Position numbers and translations under genes: made by a program. The notes below the pieces were generated by a model that saw only the letters and a program-made list of their open reading frames with translations, searched no databases and was not told where the DNA came from. Shown here in pieces: positions 1 to 10,044 of a stretch of DNA of 64,000 nucleotides (positions are counted from its first letter, which is position 1; each line of letters starts with the position of its first letter). The stretch is from positions 64,001-128,000 of the forward strand of contig JAYPVM010000007.1 of assembly GCA_038134595.1 (NCBI GenBank). Reading direction: 5' to 3'. This stretch comes from Pseudomonadota bacterium. Its GTDB lineage: Bacteria > Bdellovibrionota_C > UBA2361 > OMII01.

Positions 1-494
1 TGATTTGTATTGAATTGACGGCTCACAGCTGTCTTGAACGCTCCCATTCGGACTCCAGCGTCATCAACGCATGGCTTCCAATCGATGTAAGCGTCTCTTA
101 CTCCAACAGCTCCTCCCTCTGTATCCGTTGAATCAACGAAATCCGTTGATAACATGTACGAGAACTCATTGTTCATCGCTGTTCCGGATACGATCAAACG
201 AGCACGATTAACATCAAAGCTTGATGTGTTCTCAACACCCGAATCCTCATCACGATCTGTAAATGCGTAACGAGTTTGAATCATCGTAGCGATCGAAGTT
301 GTGAATCCTGTATCAGGAAACTCAACACGAGTTCCCTCATTCCAGTAAACCTTCGAAGCGCTCGAATCTGATGCGCCCGCAGCTTCACCCTTAGTGATTA
401 CGCCTTTCTCTACCAAAAGATCCTCAAGCGTCTTAGCTTGAGAAACTGCTGGAGTTAAAAGCAATAAGGCTGCCACAATTGTTGCTTTTCGCAT
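1..494 (-). CDS. Outer-membrane porin, OprO/OprP phosphate-selective porin-like (runs off the window start)
   Basis: Not in the ORF track; translated by hand from ATG 494 with GGGAGG upstream: signal peptide MRKATIVAALLLLTPAVSQA, then TLEDLLVEKGVIT, IQTRYAF, SSFDVNRARLIVSG, VRDAYIDW, VRMGAFK. Confidence 0.8.
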   Translation of the reverse strand, partial: MRKATIVAALLLLTPAVSQAKTLEDLLVEKGVITKGEAAGASDSSASKVYWNEGTRVEFPDTGFTTSIATMIQTRYAFTDRDEDSGVENTSSFDVNRARLIVSGTAMNNEFSYMLSTDFVDSTDTEGGAVGVRDAYIDWKPCVDDAGVRMGAFKTAVSRQFNTN

Positions 495-1253
495 GAGCCT
501 CTAGCCTCCCAAATTGGTTAACAAGTACTACTAATAGTAAGAGGTACCAGAGAGAAACCTCCATGCACCCCCAAAAATTCTGTCAACAATCGATGAATAT
601 ATGGCCGTACTATTCGTCCATACATTCACAGAACTGTCGTTACAACAGAATCCACGGTAAGGATCTCCGTATAACTTGGGAGGTGTCAAAGTAGAAAATA
701 CCAACATTGCTATTTAAAACCTTGTTTGCTTTATGGCGCTCTCCGCGCCAATCTTTCAAAACAGGAAATAAAACTATACAAACCAAATATTTATAAAAAC
801 GGCATTCTCTAGGCAAACTGGGAACCTTCGCCGACACAAGAAAAAGTCTGGACACGTTACCCAACAAACACCGTGTGATTTGAGAAGCCTTTATCCCATC
901 CACTACCATGAGCATACCTTCGGCAAAGAGAATGCCTCGATATAGAACTTATACCGGCCCTCATTGACGCAAGGTCAGTAAAGATTGCTCTTAAAGAAAA
1001 AAAGGGGGGCCGAAAGAACCACGCGCAAAGCTTCCATGCTTTGCAACGAAAATTTTCGTAGCCATTACAATCAACAATGCCTAGCCTCGTGCTTTACAAG
1101 TAAGCCGCCTCGTCTTAAAAGCCACAGAACTGACTTCCCTGTCATTTATTAAAAATCCGGTGCCAGTAATCGTCTATCTTGCTCCTCGAAACTATTCGAA
1201 ACAGTAACGATCTGAATAAATTAATAAATAAAATAAGGCAACTAGCTTCGCTT

Positions 1254-1288
1254 CAACATTGATACTGCTCTTAGCGTCCTGTAACGTA
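1254..1288 (+). promoter_or_regulatory. Putative sigma70-type promoter of sigma paralog 1 (TTGATA-17 bp-TAACGT)
   Basis: -35 at 1259-1264, -10 at 1282-1287, 17-bp spacer, AT-rich tract upstream; similar motif upstream of paralog 2. Confidence 0.45.
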
Positions 1289-1315
1289 TCACCCAAAAGA
1301 GACAAAGAGAGGTTT

Positions 1316-2530
1316 ATGACGTCTGTTACCACGGTGGGCACACCGCCTACTCACTTTACAGAAAGGCTGATAGTGCCCGCCGCCGGAACGCTGGGCCAAT
1401 ACCTACGCTCTATTAAGGACATCCCCCTTCTCAGTTCGGAAAACGAGCGGACCTTATTTCTTTCACTACAACAGGCACGAGAAACTATTTATCGCGAAGC
1501 ATGTCGGGATAGCTTACTCAGAAGCGCCCTTATCAGCACCGTTGCGGAACTCTCAGAACGCGGAACATATCATCGGCGTGCGTTGCAATACGGTCGATCA
1601 GAACAAGCTGTTATCAAAAAAAAGCTGGCGTACAATCTCGGCACTATCCTAAGGGTCGAAGACCGGCTTTCCGCCACAAAAGAACCGCTCTGGCGGGCTC
1701 GTTATGAAGAGAAAGTAGCAACTCTTCTACATGAACTTAAATTTCAAGAAAAGCTACTCCTCGATCTGTGTCGAGACCGATTGAGCACCGAAAGGCTCCC
1801 TGGTCTTGCAAAAGCTATCGCCCGCTTTCACGATCTTCGGCAAACAATAGCTTCCGCTAATCTTCGCCTCGTCGTTTCCATAGCAAGGCGTTATCCGCAA
1901 AAACATCTACTTCACGACATAATTCAACTGGGGAACATCGGCCTCTTAAAAGCTGTGGCGCGATTTGATCCCTTGCGAAAGGTGAAGTTTTCCACCTATG
2001 CAACCCCTTGGATAAAGCAAACAATACAGCGAGAGCTAGCAGAACTGAGCGACACCGTAAAGCAACCTGGCTATTGGACATACATCGAACGACTCATCGC
2101 TAGAGCTCAAGATGAGGTAAGAATGCTAGGGCTTCCCGTCTCTGATCCCATTACTTTACATGCTTGGATGAAACAAAACCTTCCTAAAAAGACCAAGATT
2201 CCATCGGTAGCAATGATAACGACGCTCTTAACACCAAGAGATAAACTACCCTTAAACGAAAGACTGGATACTCCAATATCTTCTTCGAAACAGAAACAAA
2301 CAGAACTCTTCGGAGTCGAACTTAACTCCATTCACTCCCTCATATCCAAACTCGATCCTCGCAGAGCACGGGTTTTAACGTTGCGTTTTGGACTCGAGGG
2401 CAACGAGCCTCACACATTAGAGCAAGTCGGACACGCAATAGGTCTAACAAAGGAGCGGATTAGACAACTTCAGGATGAAGGCCTTACAATGGTCCGAACC
2501 ATCATCGACCAAAAGCAGAAAAATCAGTAA
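1316..2530 (+). CDS. RNA polymerase sigma-70 factor, RpoD/RpoS-like, lacking region 1.1 (paralog 1)
   Basis: Region 1.2 LGQYLRSIKDIPLLS; region 2 ANLRLVVSIARRY, GNIGLLKAVARFD, KFSTYATPWIKQ; region 4 LRFGL, TLEQVG, TKERIRQ. Start moved to ATG 1316 behind AGAGAGG. Confidence 0.92.
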   Translation: MTSVTTVGTPPTHFTERLIVPAAGTLGQYLRSIKDIPLLSSENERTLFLSLQQARETIYREACRDSLLRSALISTVAELSERGTYHRRALQYGRSEQAVIKKKLAYNLGTILRVEDRLSATKEPLWRARYEEKVATLLHELKFQEKLLLDLCRDRLSTERLPGLAKAIARFHDLRQTIASANLRLVVSIARRYPQKHLLHDIIQLGNIGLLKAVARFDPLRKVKFSTYATPWIKQTIQRELAELSDTVKQPGYWTYIERLIARAQDEVRMLGLPVSDPITLHAWMKQNLPKKTKIPSVAMITTLLTPRDKLPLNERLDTPISSSKQKQTELFGVELNSIHSLISKLDPRRARVLTLRFGLEGNEPHTLEQVGHAIGLTKERIRQLQDEGLTMVRTIIDQKQKNQ

Positions 2531-2842
2531 GAGCGCTGATAGCGACTATTCTCTGAGCAGGCTCTCCTTTACCCACGACCCAAAAGAAACGTTACGGCGC
2601 CACTTCTATGCTCGCCTCTTTGATAATAAAGCAATGTTCGACACCCCCATCAGCTCTGGCATAATGACACGCCTTGTATCTCCAAAGTTTTGGGGCATGC
2701 TCTCTCAGTTTTATCCTTCGGCATATCACGACAGAACCTAAAGCCTCTATAGCTCTTTGGCGCACAACCTAACAAATTGACTCGATTAGTAAAAAACGTC
2801 TTTTTTATGGTGTAATTGTGCGACAAAGTGTGTCGAGGTGCG

Positions 2843-3583
2843 TCAGCGACGGACTTTAATGACTTTGGCGGGAGTACCGACAGCGACACCCCAGTCTGGA
2901 ACGTCTTCAGTGACTAGGGAATGTGCGCCAATAATGGCGTGTTTTCCAATTGAAACCCCGTCTAAAACTGTCACTCTGGCGCCGAGCCAAGCATGCGCAC
3001 CTATTGAAACGCCACCACGAATATCCATCGGATTACTGATCAATGCGCCAGCACCCTCCTCAGTATGATTTCCTGGGCCTATGTAACAATACGCCCCTAT
3101 CAGGACACTCTCTCCGATAGAGATTTGAGAGTTTGTAGCGATACGACAGTATGAACCGACATTCGAACCCGCCTCAAGTCTTATACGTCCCTGTTTGGCC
3201 GCAATGGTGCTATAACGCCCGACACTCACTCTATTTGCAATCTCAATCTGAGCGTCTTTTCCCCTAGCATCGAGCGTAACATGGTCATCTAAAACAAGGC
3301 CATCTCCAACCTCTATCTGCCCGCCGCCTCGAATCGTAGCCCCCTTTCCAATGGCCGGACGCCGACCACACCGAGACAAGATCCAAGGATAGGTGACCGC
3401 TCGAAAAGCAAATCCAAGCAATCCAGGCATCCAGAAGCCGAGCCCCTGAATTACCTCGTTTAGCAATAGCTGCAGAAATCCCGCTTGGCCAACCATCAAT
3501 TGTTTATACGTAGAAAGCCCCGACCGACTAGTGTCTGAGAGAGCTTCTTGCTGAGGAGTCATCGCTGGCTGTTTGGTACACAT
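2843..3583 (-). CDS. Hexapeptide-repeat (left-handed beta-helix) acyltransferase
   Basis: GVSIGAHAWLGARVTVLDGVSIGKHAIIGAHSLVTEDVPDWGVAVGTPAKVIK. Confidence 0.9.
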   Translation of the reverse strand: MCTKQPAMTPQQEALSDTSRSGLSTYKQLMVGQAGFLQLLLNEVIQGLGFWMPGLLGFAFRAVTYPWILSRCGRRPAIGKGATIRGGGQIEVGDGLVLDDHVTLDARGKDAQIEIANRVSVGRYSTIAAKQGRIRLEAGSNVGSYCRIATNSQISIGESVLIGAYCYIGPGNHTEEGAGALISNPMDIRGGVSIGAHAWLGARVTVLDGVSIGKHAIIGAHSLVTEDVPDWGVAVGTPAKVIKVRR

Positions 3584-3807
3584 GTCAGAAAGGATACTCT
3601 ACCTAACTAGTTTGTTTCAATGCAACTTCACACATTAACTACGCACCTCAAACTGAAAGATACATTTCATATTTATAGCTAATCGCTCCATACAACACCG
3701 TCCTATTGGGTCGAATAACTAATATATTAATTTTTTACGCCAGCGCTACGACACAACCCTTGGCACAAAGCTACAAATTGCGGTAACATAAGTATCGGAA
3801 ATAATTC

Positions 3808-4395
3808 ATGCAAACAACGACAAGGAGTAGCCTCCCAATGATTTCCACACCAGATCAGTCCGGCTTTCTTACCACAACACTTGAAAGTGCCCTCGCGTGG
3901 GCTCGAAAATACTCTCTATTTTCATATCCATTCGTCACCGCCTGCTGTGGGATGGAGTTTATGTCAGTAAACTGTTCACATTACGATACAGATAGATTCG
4001 GAGCTGCACTGCCACGATTTACCCCGCGACAAGCTGATCTACTTTGGGTAGTAGGCACCGTTAATCACAAACTGGCACCGGTTCTATTACGGGTGTACGA
4101 ACAAATGACAGAACCAAAATGGGTCGTTGCGTTTGGCGCATGCGCCTCTAGTGGCGGCTTTTACGACAACTACACAACCGTTGCAGGTATCGATAAGATT
4201 ATCCCGGTCGACATGTACATCCCGGGCTGTCCACCTCGGCCAGAGACCGTGCTAGACGCTCTGCTCCACCTACAAAAAAACATCCAATCCTCAAAGCAAC
4301 AGGTAGTACCTTCACACGGTGGTAAGCAATATCACCCTGATCTACCACCTCTCCTAGGTGATCCTATCGATACTAGACTCACAAAGCCTGTATAA
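3808..4395 (+). CDS. nuoB: NADH-quinone oxidoreductase subunit B
   Basis: TACCGMEF, YDTDRFG, PRQADLL, EPKWVVAFGACASSGG, DMYIPGCPPRPE. Confidence 0.95.
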   Translation: MQTTTRSSLPMISTPDQSGFLTTTLESALAWARKYSLFSYPFVTACCGMEFMSVNCSHYDTDRFGAALPRFTPRQADLLWVVGTVNHKLAPVLLRVYEQMTEPKWVVAFGACASSGGFYDNYTTVAGIDKIIPVDMYIPGCPPRPETVLDALLHLQKNIQSSKQQVVPSHGGKQYHPDLPPLLGDPIDTRLTKPV

Positions 4396-4492
4396 GAATA
4401 CAGGTCGCGCTATATATAGAGATAATTAGAAGGAATTTCAAAGCACACTGCTTATCCCCAAGTAGGTATGGGATAACTATGAGCACACGCCC

Positions 4493-4520
4493 TTTGCTAG
4501 AGAGAACTATCTCTAGCAAA
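4493..4520. terminator. Hairpin between convergent nuoB and helicase genes, probable terminator
   Basis: Perfect 11-bp inverted repeat TTTGCTAGAGA-gaacta-TCTCTAGCAAA, 8 bp from the helicase stop. Confidence 0.55.
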
Positions 4521-4528
4521 CACTCTAA

Positions 4529-6820
4529 CTAGCGGCGCCCTCCGCCAAAAGATCTTCTCTTGGCATAATTCGGTCGATACGCATTTTTATACGTGGGCTC
4601 TGTCCGCATCACTTTGGTTAAGGCCTCCCTAATATCATCCTGCACCTGCGCTGGCGGCGTATGCGTGCGAATCCAGTAGACAGGTATCGGCGAAACCAAA
4701 ACCAGCAACCTACTCGGGTCACTGTCATACGGCTCATTCTCGATATTAATGGGCTCGCCCACCACAAAACTTGCTTCATCTGATACAAGCGAGCCAGCAA
4801 CAACTTCTCGCACACCTCCAGAGCCTACAACAGGCTTTACTCTCATTTTATCGGAACTGCGCCGCGAAGGGACCACCCTCCACCATCTATCGTATTGAGC
4901 GTACAACGACTCCATCAACAGCTGTCGCATCGACGTTGATAGGACGCTAGAACGCGCATCAGGATCTATAGACAAACGCTCACAAACATCTCGTCTCGTA
5001 TCGCGGGCAAGGTGGAAATGATTTACATGTGCACCAACATTCTCCAACTGCGCCTCAGAAGCACCCAGCAAGGCCTCCAAAAACTGCATTTGCGCCACCA
5101 CATCAGAATCTATCTCTCCAACGCAGAACCTCTTCCACGAAGATATCTGGCGAGCACTGCGTCCATCACGACATTGCTCCTTCGACATCCTCGCCTCTCG
5201 AGAGAGGATACCTTTGGCCTCCATTACAGCTGCCACACCGATGGCCGGTAACAACAACTCCTCTGGCTTCAAATCCCGCTCCTCTGTTATGGCTTGAGCT
5301 TTTGCAACCACAATTCCCGAGTGAATACTAAGCGGCAAATTAGCAACCGCACGCCCCAAATGGGTGATATGTCCTTGAGGGCCGATTAAGTTATTGCTGT
5401 ACAGAGAGTCCTTAGCAAACTGAATGTTTTGCGCTGGCGCCGGATACAAAAGCTCCGAATTAAACTTTTCAAAATCCCGTTCAGCAGCAGCAATATCAAG
5501 CATTATTCTATCGACTGGCTGACTCTGCATTTGTGGCATGTCACTGTGCGGTAGCCGTTCGTACGGCAACCAGCCATGGTAGATAAATTCACCCGGAGCA
5601 GTTCGACCAACTCGGCCCCGCTTTTGATTGTACATATTCTGAGAGTCCTCTCTAATCACCAGTGAGCGGACTCCCTCATCATCAAGCTCCTCAAATCTAT
5701 CAAAACCGGTACATATCACTCGCTCCATCCCTAGCGGCGTCAAACTCGATTGTGCAATCTTTGTCGCAACTATAATCTTAACTTCTCCCTGCTCCGGTTG
5801 ATAATTGATGGCCTCTCGTTGCTCCGAACGCGGCATCTCGCCATGCAACCCAAATATGATTACATTACCTCCCGATCGAGCCTCAAGCTGAGAGGTAAGT
5901 TCCTCTATCTGACGTTTCCCCGGAACAAAAACCAAGGTGCTTTTGTTCCCTCGAAGAACATCTTCAACCAAAGACGTCCCCTTTGCGATGTCAATAATAG
6001 GCTTCTGTGTGTCAGGGATCTCAAAAAATGCTGGTTCGACGTTCATTGTGGCAAAGGACTTCGCAAAAGGCTCTCTGGCAATCGTTGCGCTCGTCACTAC
6101 TATTTTAATCGGCTCTCCGCGCTCGATTCGCTCCTTCAGTAAAGCAAGAATCGCGTGCCCCTCCTGAGTATTCTCGTGAAGCTCATCGAGAATATAAACG
6201 GTTGGATCCGTGATCGGTGTTCTGCTATGCAACAAGCGCTTCCACTCATACCCCTCAGTGGCAAATATTGCTTGAGCGTCTCGTGATAGCTCCTTGGCCT
6301 TGCCGTGGCGAAATCCCACGTGTTCCCCGACCTCACTGTCATGCAAAAAAGCAACTCGCCTTCCATTCTCCTCGCAGGGAGCTCGTCTCGGATTCGTACT
6401 TACTACCCGAAATCCCTCCTCTAAGAGGAACAGGGGAAGAAGTGTACTCTTGCCCGTACCTGTTGGTGCGCTGACTATCGTAACGGGATTCTCTCTGATT
6501 AGATTAACAAGCTCTGCACGATAGCGCTCAAGTGGGTAGCCAAAAACGAGCGGACTAGTCGATTCCTCTCGTGAATCAAGCTTTGAAGCAGGCTTTTGTC
6601 GGTTGCGACGATTCCATAGAAGGCGACTTAAAAGACTGGTAGGTGGTGTGCTGGAGGCCGCTGTGTTTGCTCCAAAACGCGGAGTCCCATAAGTACTCAC
6701 CCCATAGTTGTTCGATTGAGGGTATGTATCAACGACACTTAAATCAATAAGCGGGCGACTCTGAGGACGTTGCTGTCTCATTACCTTAGCCCGACTTCCC
6801 GAGTGCCCCATACTGCCCAT
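4529..6820 (-). CDS. DEAH/RHA-family (HrpA/HrpB-like) ATP-dependent RNA helicase
   Basis: Motifs I APTGTGKST, Ia TNPRR, II DELH, III SAT, IV FVPG, V ATKIAQSSLT, VI QKRGRVGR; HA2-like ITHLGRAVANLPL. Start uncertain. Confidence 0.88.
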   Translation of the reverse strand: MGSMGHSGSRAKVMRQQRPQSRPLIDLSVVDTYPQSNNYGVSTYGTPRFGANTAASSTPPTSLLSRLLWNRRNRQKPASKLDSREESTSPLVFGYPLERYRAELVNLIRENPVTIVSAPTGTGKSTLLPLFLLEEGFRVVSTNPRRAPCEENGRRVAFLHDSEVGEHVGFRHGKAKELSRDAQAIFATEGYEWKRLLHSRTPITDPTVYILDELHENTQEGHAILALLKERIERGEPIKIVVTSATIAREPFAKSFATMNVEPAFFEIPDTQKPIIDIAKGTSLVEDVLRGNKSTLVFVPGKRQIEELTSQLEARSGGNVIIFGLHGEMPRSEQREAINYQPEQGEVKIIVATKIAQSSLTPLGMERVICTGFDRFEELDDEGVRSLVIREDSQNMYNQKRGRVGRTAPGEFIYHGWLPYERLPHSDMPQMQSQPVDRIMLDIAAAERDFEKFNSELLYPAPAQNIQFAKDSLYSNNLIGPQGHITHLGRAVANLPLSIHSGIVVAKAQAITEERDLKPEELLLPAIGVAAVMEAKGILSREARMSKEQCRDGRSARQISSWKRFCVGEIDSDVVAQMQFLEALLGASEAQLENVGAHVNHFHLARDTRRDVCERLSIDPDARSSVLSTSMRQLLMESLYAQYDRWWRVVPSRRSSDKMRVKPVVGSGGVREVVAGSLVSDEASFVVGEPINIENEPYDSDPSRLLVLVSPIPVYWIRTHTPPAQVQDDIREALTKVMRTEPTYKNAYRPNYAKRRSFGGGRR

Positions 6821-7014
6821 GACCCCTCCACATCTAGGTTTTTAAGCGGCTTTCTTGTAGCATCTACAGTAAAATTAGCCGCCTCTTCTTCTATCGGACC
6901 CCCACTCATAAAACAAGAAAAAAAATCGCAGATTCTCCCAATATCACAAACTTCTAACACCTCCCCTCGACGTCTGTGCGAAATAGATCTTTTCAGTCAG
7001 ATCCTATCTTTCCC

Positions 7015-7050
7015 CAACGTTGCATAGCAAACCCGCGATCCTGTATCCTA
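7015..7050 (+). promoter_or_regulatory. Putative sigma70-type promoter of sigma paralog 2 (TTGCAT-18 bp-TATCCT)
   Basis: -35 at 7020-7025, -10 at 7044-7049; resembles 1254-1288. Confidence 0.4.
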
Positions 7051-7069
7051 GTCGCCCGAGGCTTACATC

Positions 7070-8263
7070 ATGACGACTATGCTCCCAGATCAAAATCCCC
7101 CGATCGCTCAAGGAGGGCTACAACCCTACCTAAGCTCCATCAGTGACATTCCACTGCTGACACCTAACGAGGAGCGTGCTCTCTTTGCAGAGATCGTAGA
7201 GCAGCGACAAATACTCACTGAAGCGGCATTTAGCGTGCCCGAAATCTGCGCAAAGGGCCTAGAGATATTTCAACACTTGCATACAAGTTCAAGAGACCCG
7301 CGAAATTTTCTTGAATTTGGGCAACGAGAAGCAACGGCGATCCCCAAGAAGCTCGCCTCTCACGTTCCCTTACTCCAGGCCCTATCAACTCGAAAACAGC
7401 GAGTAAGACTCGGCACTGAAAAAGCCCTCATTGAGAAAAAAATCGGAATCCTCGCCTATGAACTTCGCCTAAAAGACAAAATCCTACACGGGCTCATTAC
7501 CGATCATCTTAAAACACATGATAACCCTACACTCTCTCATGCGCTTCAAGAAGCTATCGCACTGCGAAATAAGGCAATGGAATCTAACCTACGCTTGGTT
7601 ATATCAATCGCAAAAAAACATCCAAAAAAGGGGTATCTTCTAGATGCCATTCAAGGTGGTAACACCGGGCTCATGCGAGCTGTAGAGCGCTTCGAGCCAA
7701 AACTAGGCTACCGATTCTCAACGTACGCCACACCGTGGATTAGGCAGGGCATACAAAATACCATGAAAACTGCCGGTAAAATCATCGACGAGCCAAGTTA
7801 TCTAAATGAAGTACGCAATGATATCGAACAAGCTCGGTATGCATTAGGAGAAGAGGGCGCCGCTGAAACAGAAGCCGCTGAAATTCATAGCTGGCTTCGA
7901 AGGAACCCTTCACCCAAGGCAAAGGTCGCCTCAGAAAAAATTATCGCAGCCGCTCTAACCGACCGAAAGCAGTTATCTTTAAGTGATTTAACTCTACCAT
8001 CATACACCCCTCCGCCAACCCTAGATGAAGTTTTAGGTATCGACATAGATGTACTACACCAGGCACTGGCGACACTCCCCGAAAGAGAGAGGTACGTCAT
8101 CAAAAAACGCTTTGCATTAGCGATAGATGGCACAACACACGCCGAGCAAACCCTAGAGGACGTTGGTAACGAACTTGGAATCTCAAAAGAGAGGGTCAGG
8201 CAACTTCAAAACAAAGGGCTCCAAAAATTACGCGAGCATCTTGAGAGACGCATCATTCCTTAA
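7070..8263 (+). CDS. RNA polymerase sigma-70 factor, RpoD/RpoS-like, lacking region 1.1 (paralog 2)
   Basis: LQPYLSSISDIPLLTPNEE; SNLRLVISIAKKH; GNTGLMRAVERFE; RFSTYATPWIRQ; TLEDVG, SKERVRQ. Confidence 0.92.
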   Translation: MTTMLPDQNPPIAQGGLQPYLSSISDIPLLTPNEERALFAEIVEQRQILTEAAFSVPEICAKGLEIFQHLHTSSRDPRNFLEFGQREATAIPKKLASHVPLLQALSTRKQRVRLGTEKALIEKKIGILAYELRLKDKILHGLITDHLKTHDNPTLSHALQEAIALRNKAMESNLRLVISIAKKHPKKGYLLDAIQGGNTGLMRAVERFEPKLGYRFSTYATPWIRQGIQNTMKTAGKIIDEPSYLNEVRNDIEQARYALGEEGAAETEAAEIHSWLRRNPSPKAKVASEKIIAAALTDRKQLSLSDLTLPSYTPPPTLDEVLGIDIDVLHQALATLPERERYVIKKRFALAIDGTTHAEQTLEDVGNELGISKERVRQLQNKGLQKLREHLERRIIP

Positions 8264-8361
8264 CATCAGGATTTTTTCTCGAAGAGAAAATCTCTTGGGA
8301 TTGAGTCGCCCCCTCCTATCAATAGGGCCGCAGTTGCTCGGATGATAATCATCGAGACAGG

Positions 8362-10044
8362 TCATCCCAACCAGGCAATGAGTCCGTCTATATCAATCGG
8401 TTTTGAGAAGAACTCCCTCGCACCGAGTGCTGCAAACTGATAGAGCTCCTCGTCAGGCGCCTCACCACTCATAACCGCACACATAAATGCCCCTGAGCTC
8501 TCTTTAATGCGCCGCAACAATTTATCTGCTCCACCATCGGGCATATGAACATCACATAAAACACGCACGAGTCGTGACTTCTGTACGGAGTTAAGATATT
8601 CAACTGCACTTAAAACATTTGTGAAAACTCTCACTCCAGCTCCCCGTTTCGCTAAAATTCGCTCCAAAGAAGCTGCGTGCTCTTCATCATCATCCACTAT
8701 TACTACCTCAGTACAAACATCTAGTGAGTCACTTGGAGCACCCCCTCCAACACGAAGCTGACCTACAGTCGTCGCCTCATCCTTTTCTCTGGCCTCTTCG
8801 CTGTCCATCAATCCCTTGGTGACTCTCCGCGTGGGATCTTCCCGATCATACTTAGTACAACATTCCTCGCTCAAACGAAGAGTAATAGAAACCCTCGCTC
8901 CCTCTACGGCATTCGAAACTACTACCGTTCCTCCGAACTTCTCAATAAGCTTAACTGAGGATAACAAGCCAACACCCCATCCACCCTGCTCTGTCTGACC
9001 CTGCGCAGTTTGCGCTCCACGTGCAATCTTCTCTAAAACTTCAGCTGGAAAACCTGGGCCATCATCACACACCCCTATATGTGCCCAAAGCCTCTCCTGC
9101 ACCTTTACATCAAGTTTTATATTCTTAGCGCCATGTTGAACCGCATTACCAACGATATTGGAAAGAACTCGCTCCAAGGCCAGCTCCGAAATATCTACTC
9201 GACACTCCCTACTCTGCATAGCCGAAACCTCAATAGCAATCTGCCTCATGGTCGCCTCTGGCTTAAAGCGCTCAACAACACTTGCTATGACACGACAGAT
9301 GTCTGTTGAAAATGAAGCTGTATCGCTCTCCCTCTTCTTACCTTGCATCCGTGGAGATAATCCCTCCAAGAGCCTATCGACGTATTGGAGCTCTTGGACG
9401 ATATGTGTTCGATCGGACTGATACGCCGCATCCTCTGCCATCATATCAGCTACAAGATATTGAAGCATACTTAATGGGGCACGAACATCATGCGCGATAG
9501 TGGTCATCTCTCGCCTCACAGCATTGAGAGATTCGATTTCAACAAGGCTTTTTCTAAAACTCGCTATCGCTCCAGCGTACACCTCAAGCCATTCACTAAC
9601 AGAGCGCGCTACTTGTTGCGCCATCTCTACTTTTTTGGGTGTTGCTACACCCGAGATTCCAAACCATACAATACACTCGCCAACTCGCTCAAGAACGTGC
9701 CCATGCTGTATTCTGACAGTAATTGAAGTCCGCAACTGCCGCCCCAAAAACCTGAGAGAATCAAGGGCATGATCTCGAACTCGACATGACAGAGGCTCAC
9801 GGTCCTGCTCCAACAAAAACCCCCGCAATATCTCCTGTGGTAGTATTGTCGATTCCTTTGGTTTAGCAACAACACACGTCCCCGTTGTATCAGATACAAC
9901 AAATGCAATCGCCTCAAATTCAGTGTGCAGACTGTGAGACAACTCCCATGCAACTCTGGAAAGCAACTTTTGCGCGGAAATATCTCTCTTTTCACAACAA
10001 TAGGAAAAAGCCCTTCCTATCGAACCCGCCAAAGTCTCTTTCAT
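8362..10044 (-). CDS. Cytoplasmic hybrid sensor histidine kinase with C-terminal receiver
   Basis: H-box IAHDVRAPL, N-box SNIVGNAVQHG, G1 DDGPGF, G2 GWGVGL; receiver VDDD...CDVHMPDG...KP; no TM segment seen; ATG 10044 overlaps upstream stop (ATGA). Confidence 0.88.
   Translation of the reverse strand: MKETLAGSIGRAFSYCCEKRDISAQKLLSRVAWELSHSLHTEFEAIAFVVSDTTGTCVVAKPKESTILPQEILRGFLLEQDREPLSCRVRDHALDSLRFLGRQLRTSITVRIQHGHVLERVGECIVWFGISGVATPKKVEMAQQVARSVSEWLEVYAGAIASFRKSLVEIESLNAVRREMTTIAHDVRAPLSMLQYLVADMMAEDAAYQSDRTHIVQELQYVDRLLEGLSPRMQGKKRESDTASFSTDICRVIASVVERFKPEATMRQIAIEVSAMQSRECRVDISELALERVLSNIVGNAVQHGAKNIKLDVKVQERLWAHIGVCDDGPGFPAEVLEKIARGAQTAQGQTEQGGWGVGLLSSVKLIEKFGGTVVVSNAVEGARVSITLRLSEECCTKYDREDPTRRVTKGLMDSEEAREKDEATTVGQLRVGGGAPSDSLDVCTEVVIVDDDEEHAASLERILAKRGAGVRVFTNVLSAVEYLNSVQKSRLVRVLCDVHMPDGGADKLLRRIKESSGAFMCAVMSGEAPDEELYQFAALGAREFFSKPIDIDGLIAWLG

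Noticed and set aside
640..915. 91-aa minus-strand ORF in the porin-sigma intergenic region
   Set aside because: No motif or convincing RBS; AT-rich, likely regulatory DNA
1000..1050. GAAA...CGCAAAGC resembling a c-di-GMP-I riboswitch
   Set aside because: Lacks the GGCAAA element and a paired stem around GAAA; explained as a simple GCAAAGC/GCTTTGC hairpin. An Infernal search with the c-di-GMP-I model would settle it
495..1200. Pho boxes upstream of the phosphate-porin-like gene
   Set aside because: Only isolated CTGTCA half-sites, no 11-bp-spaced tandem
3760..3785. Sigma-54 promoter (TGGCAC) before nuoB
   Set aside because: No GC at the required GG-N10-GC spacing
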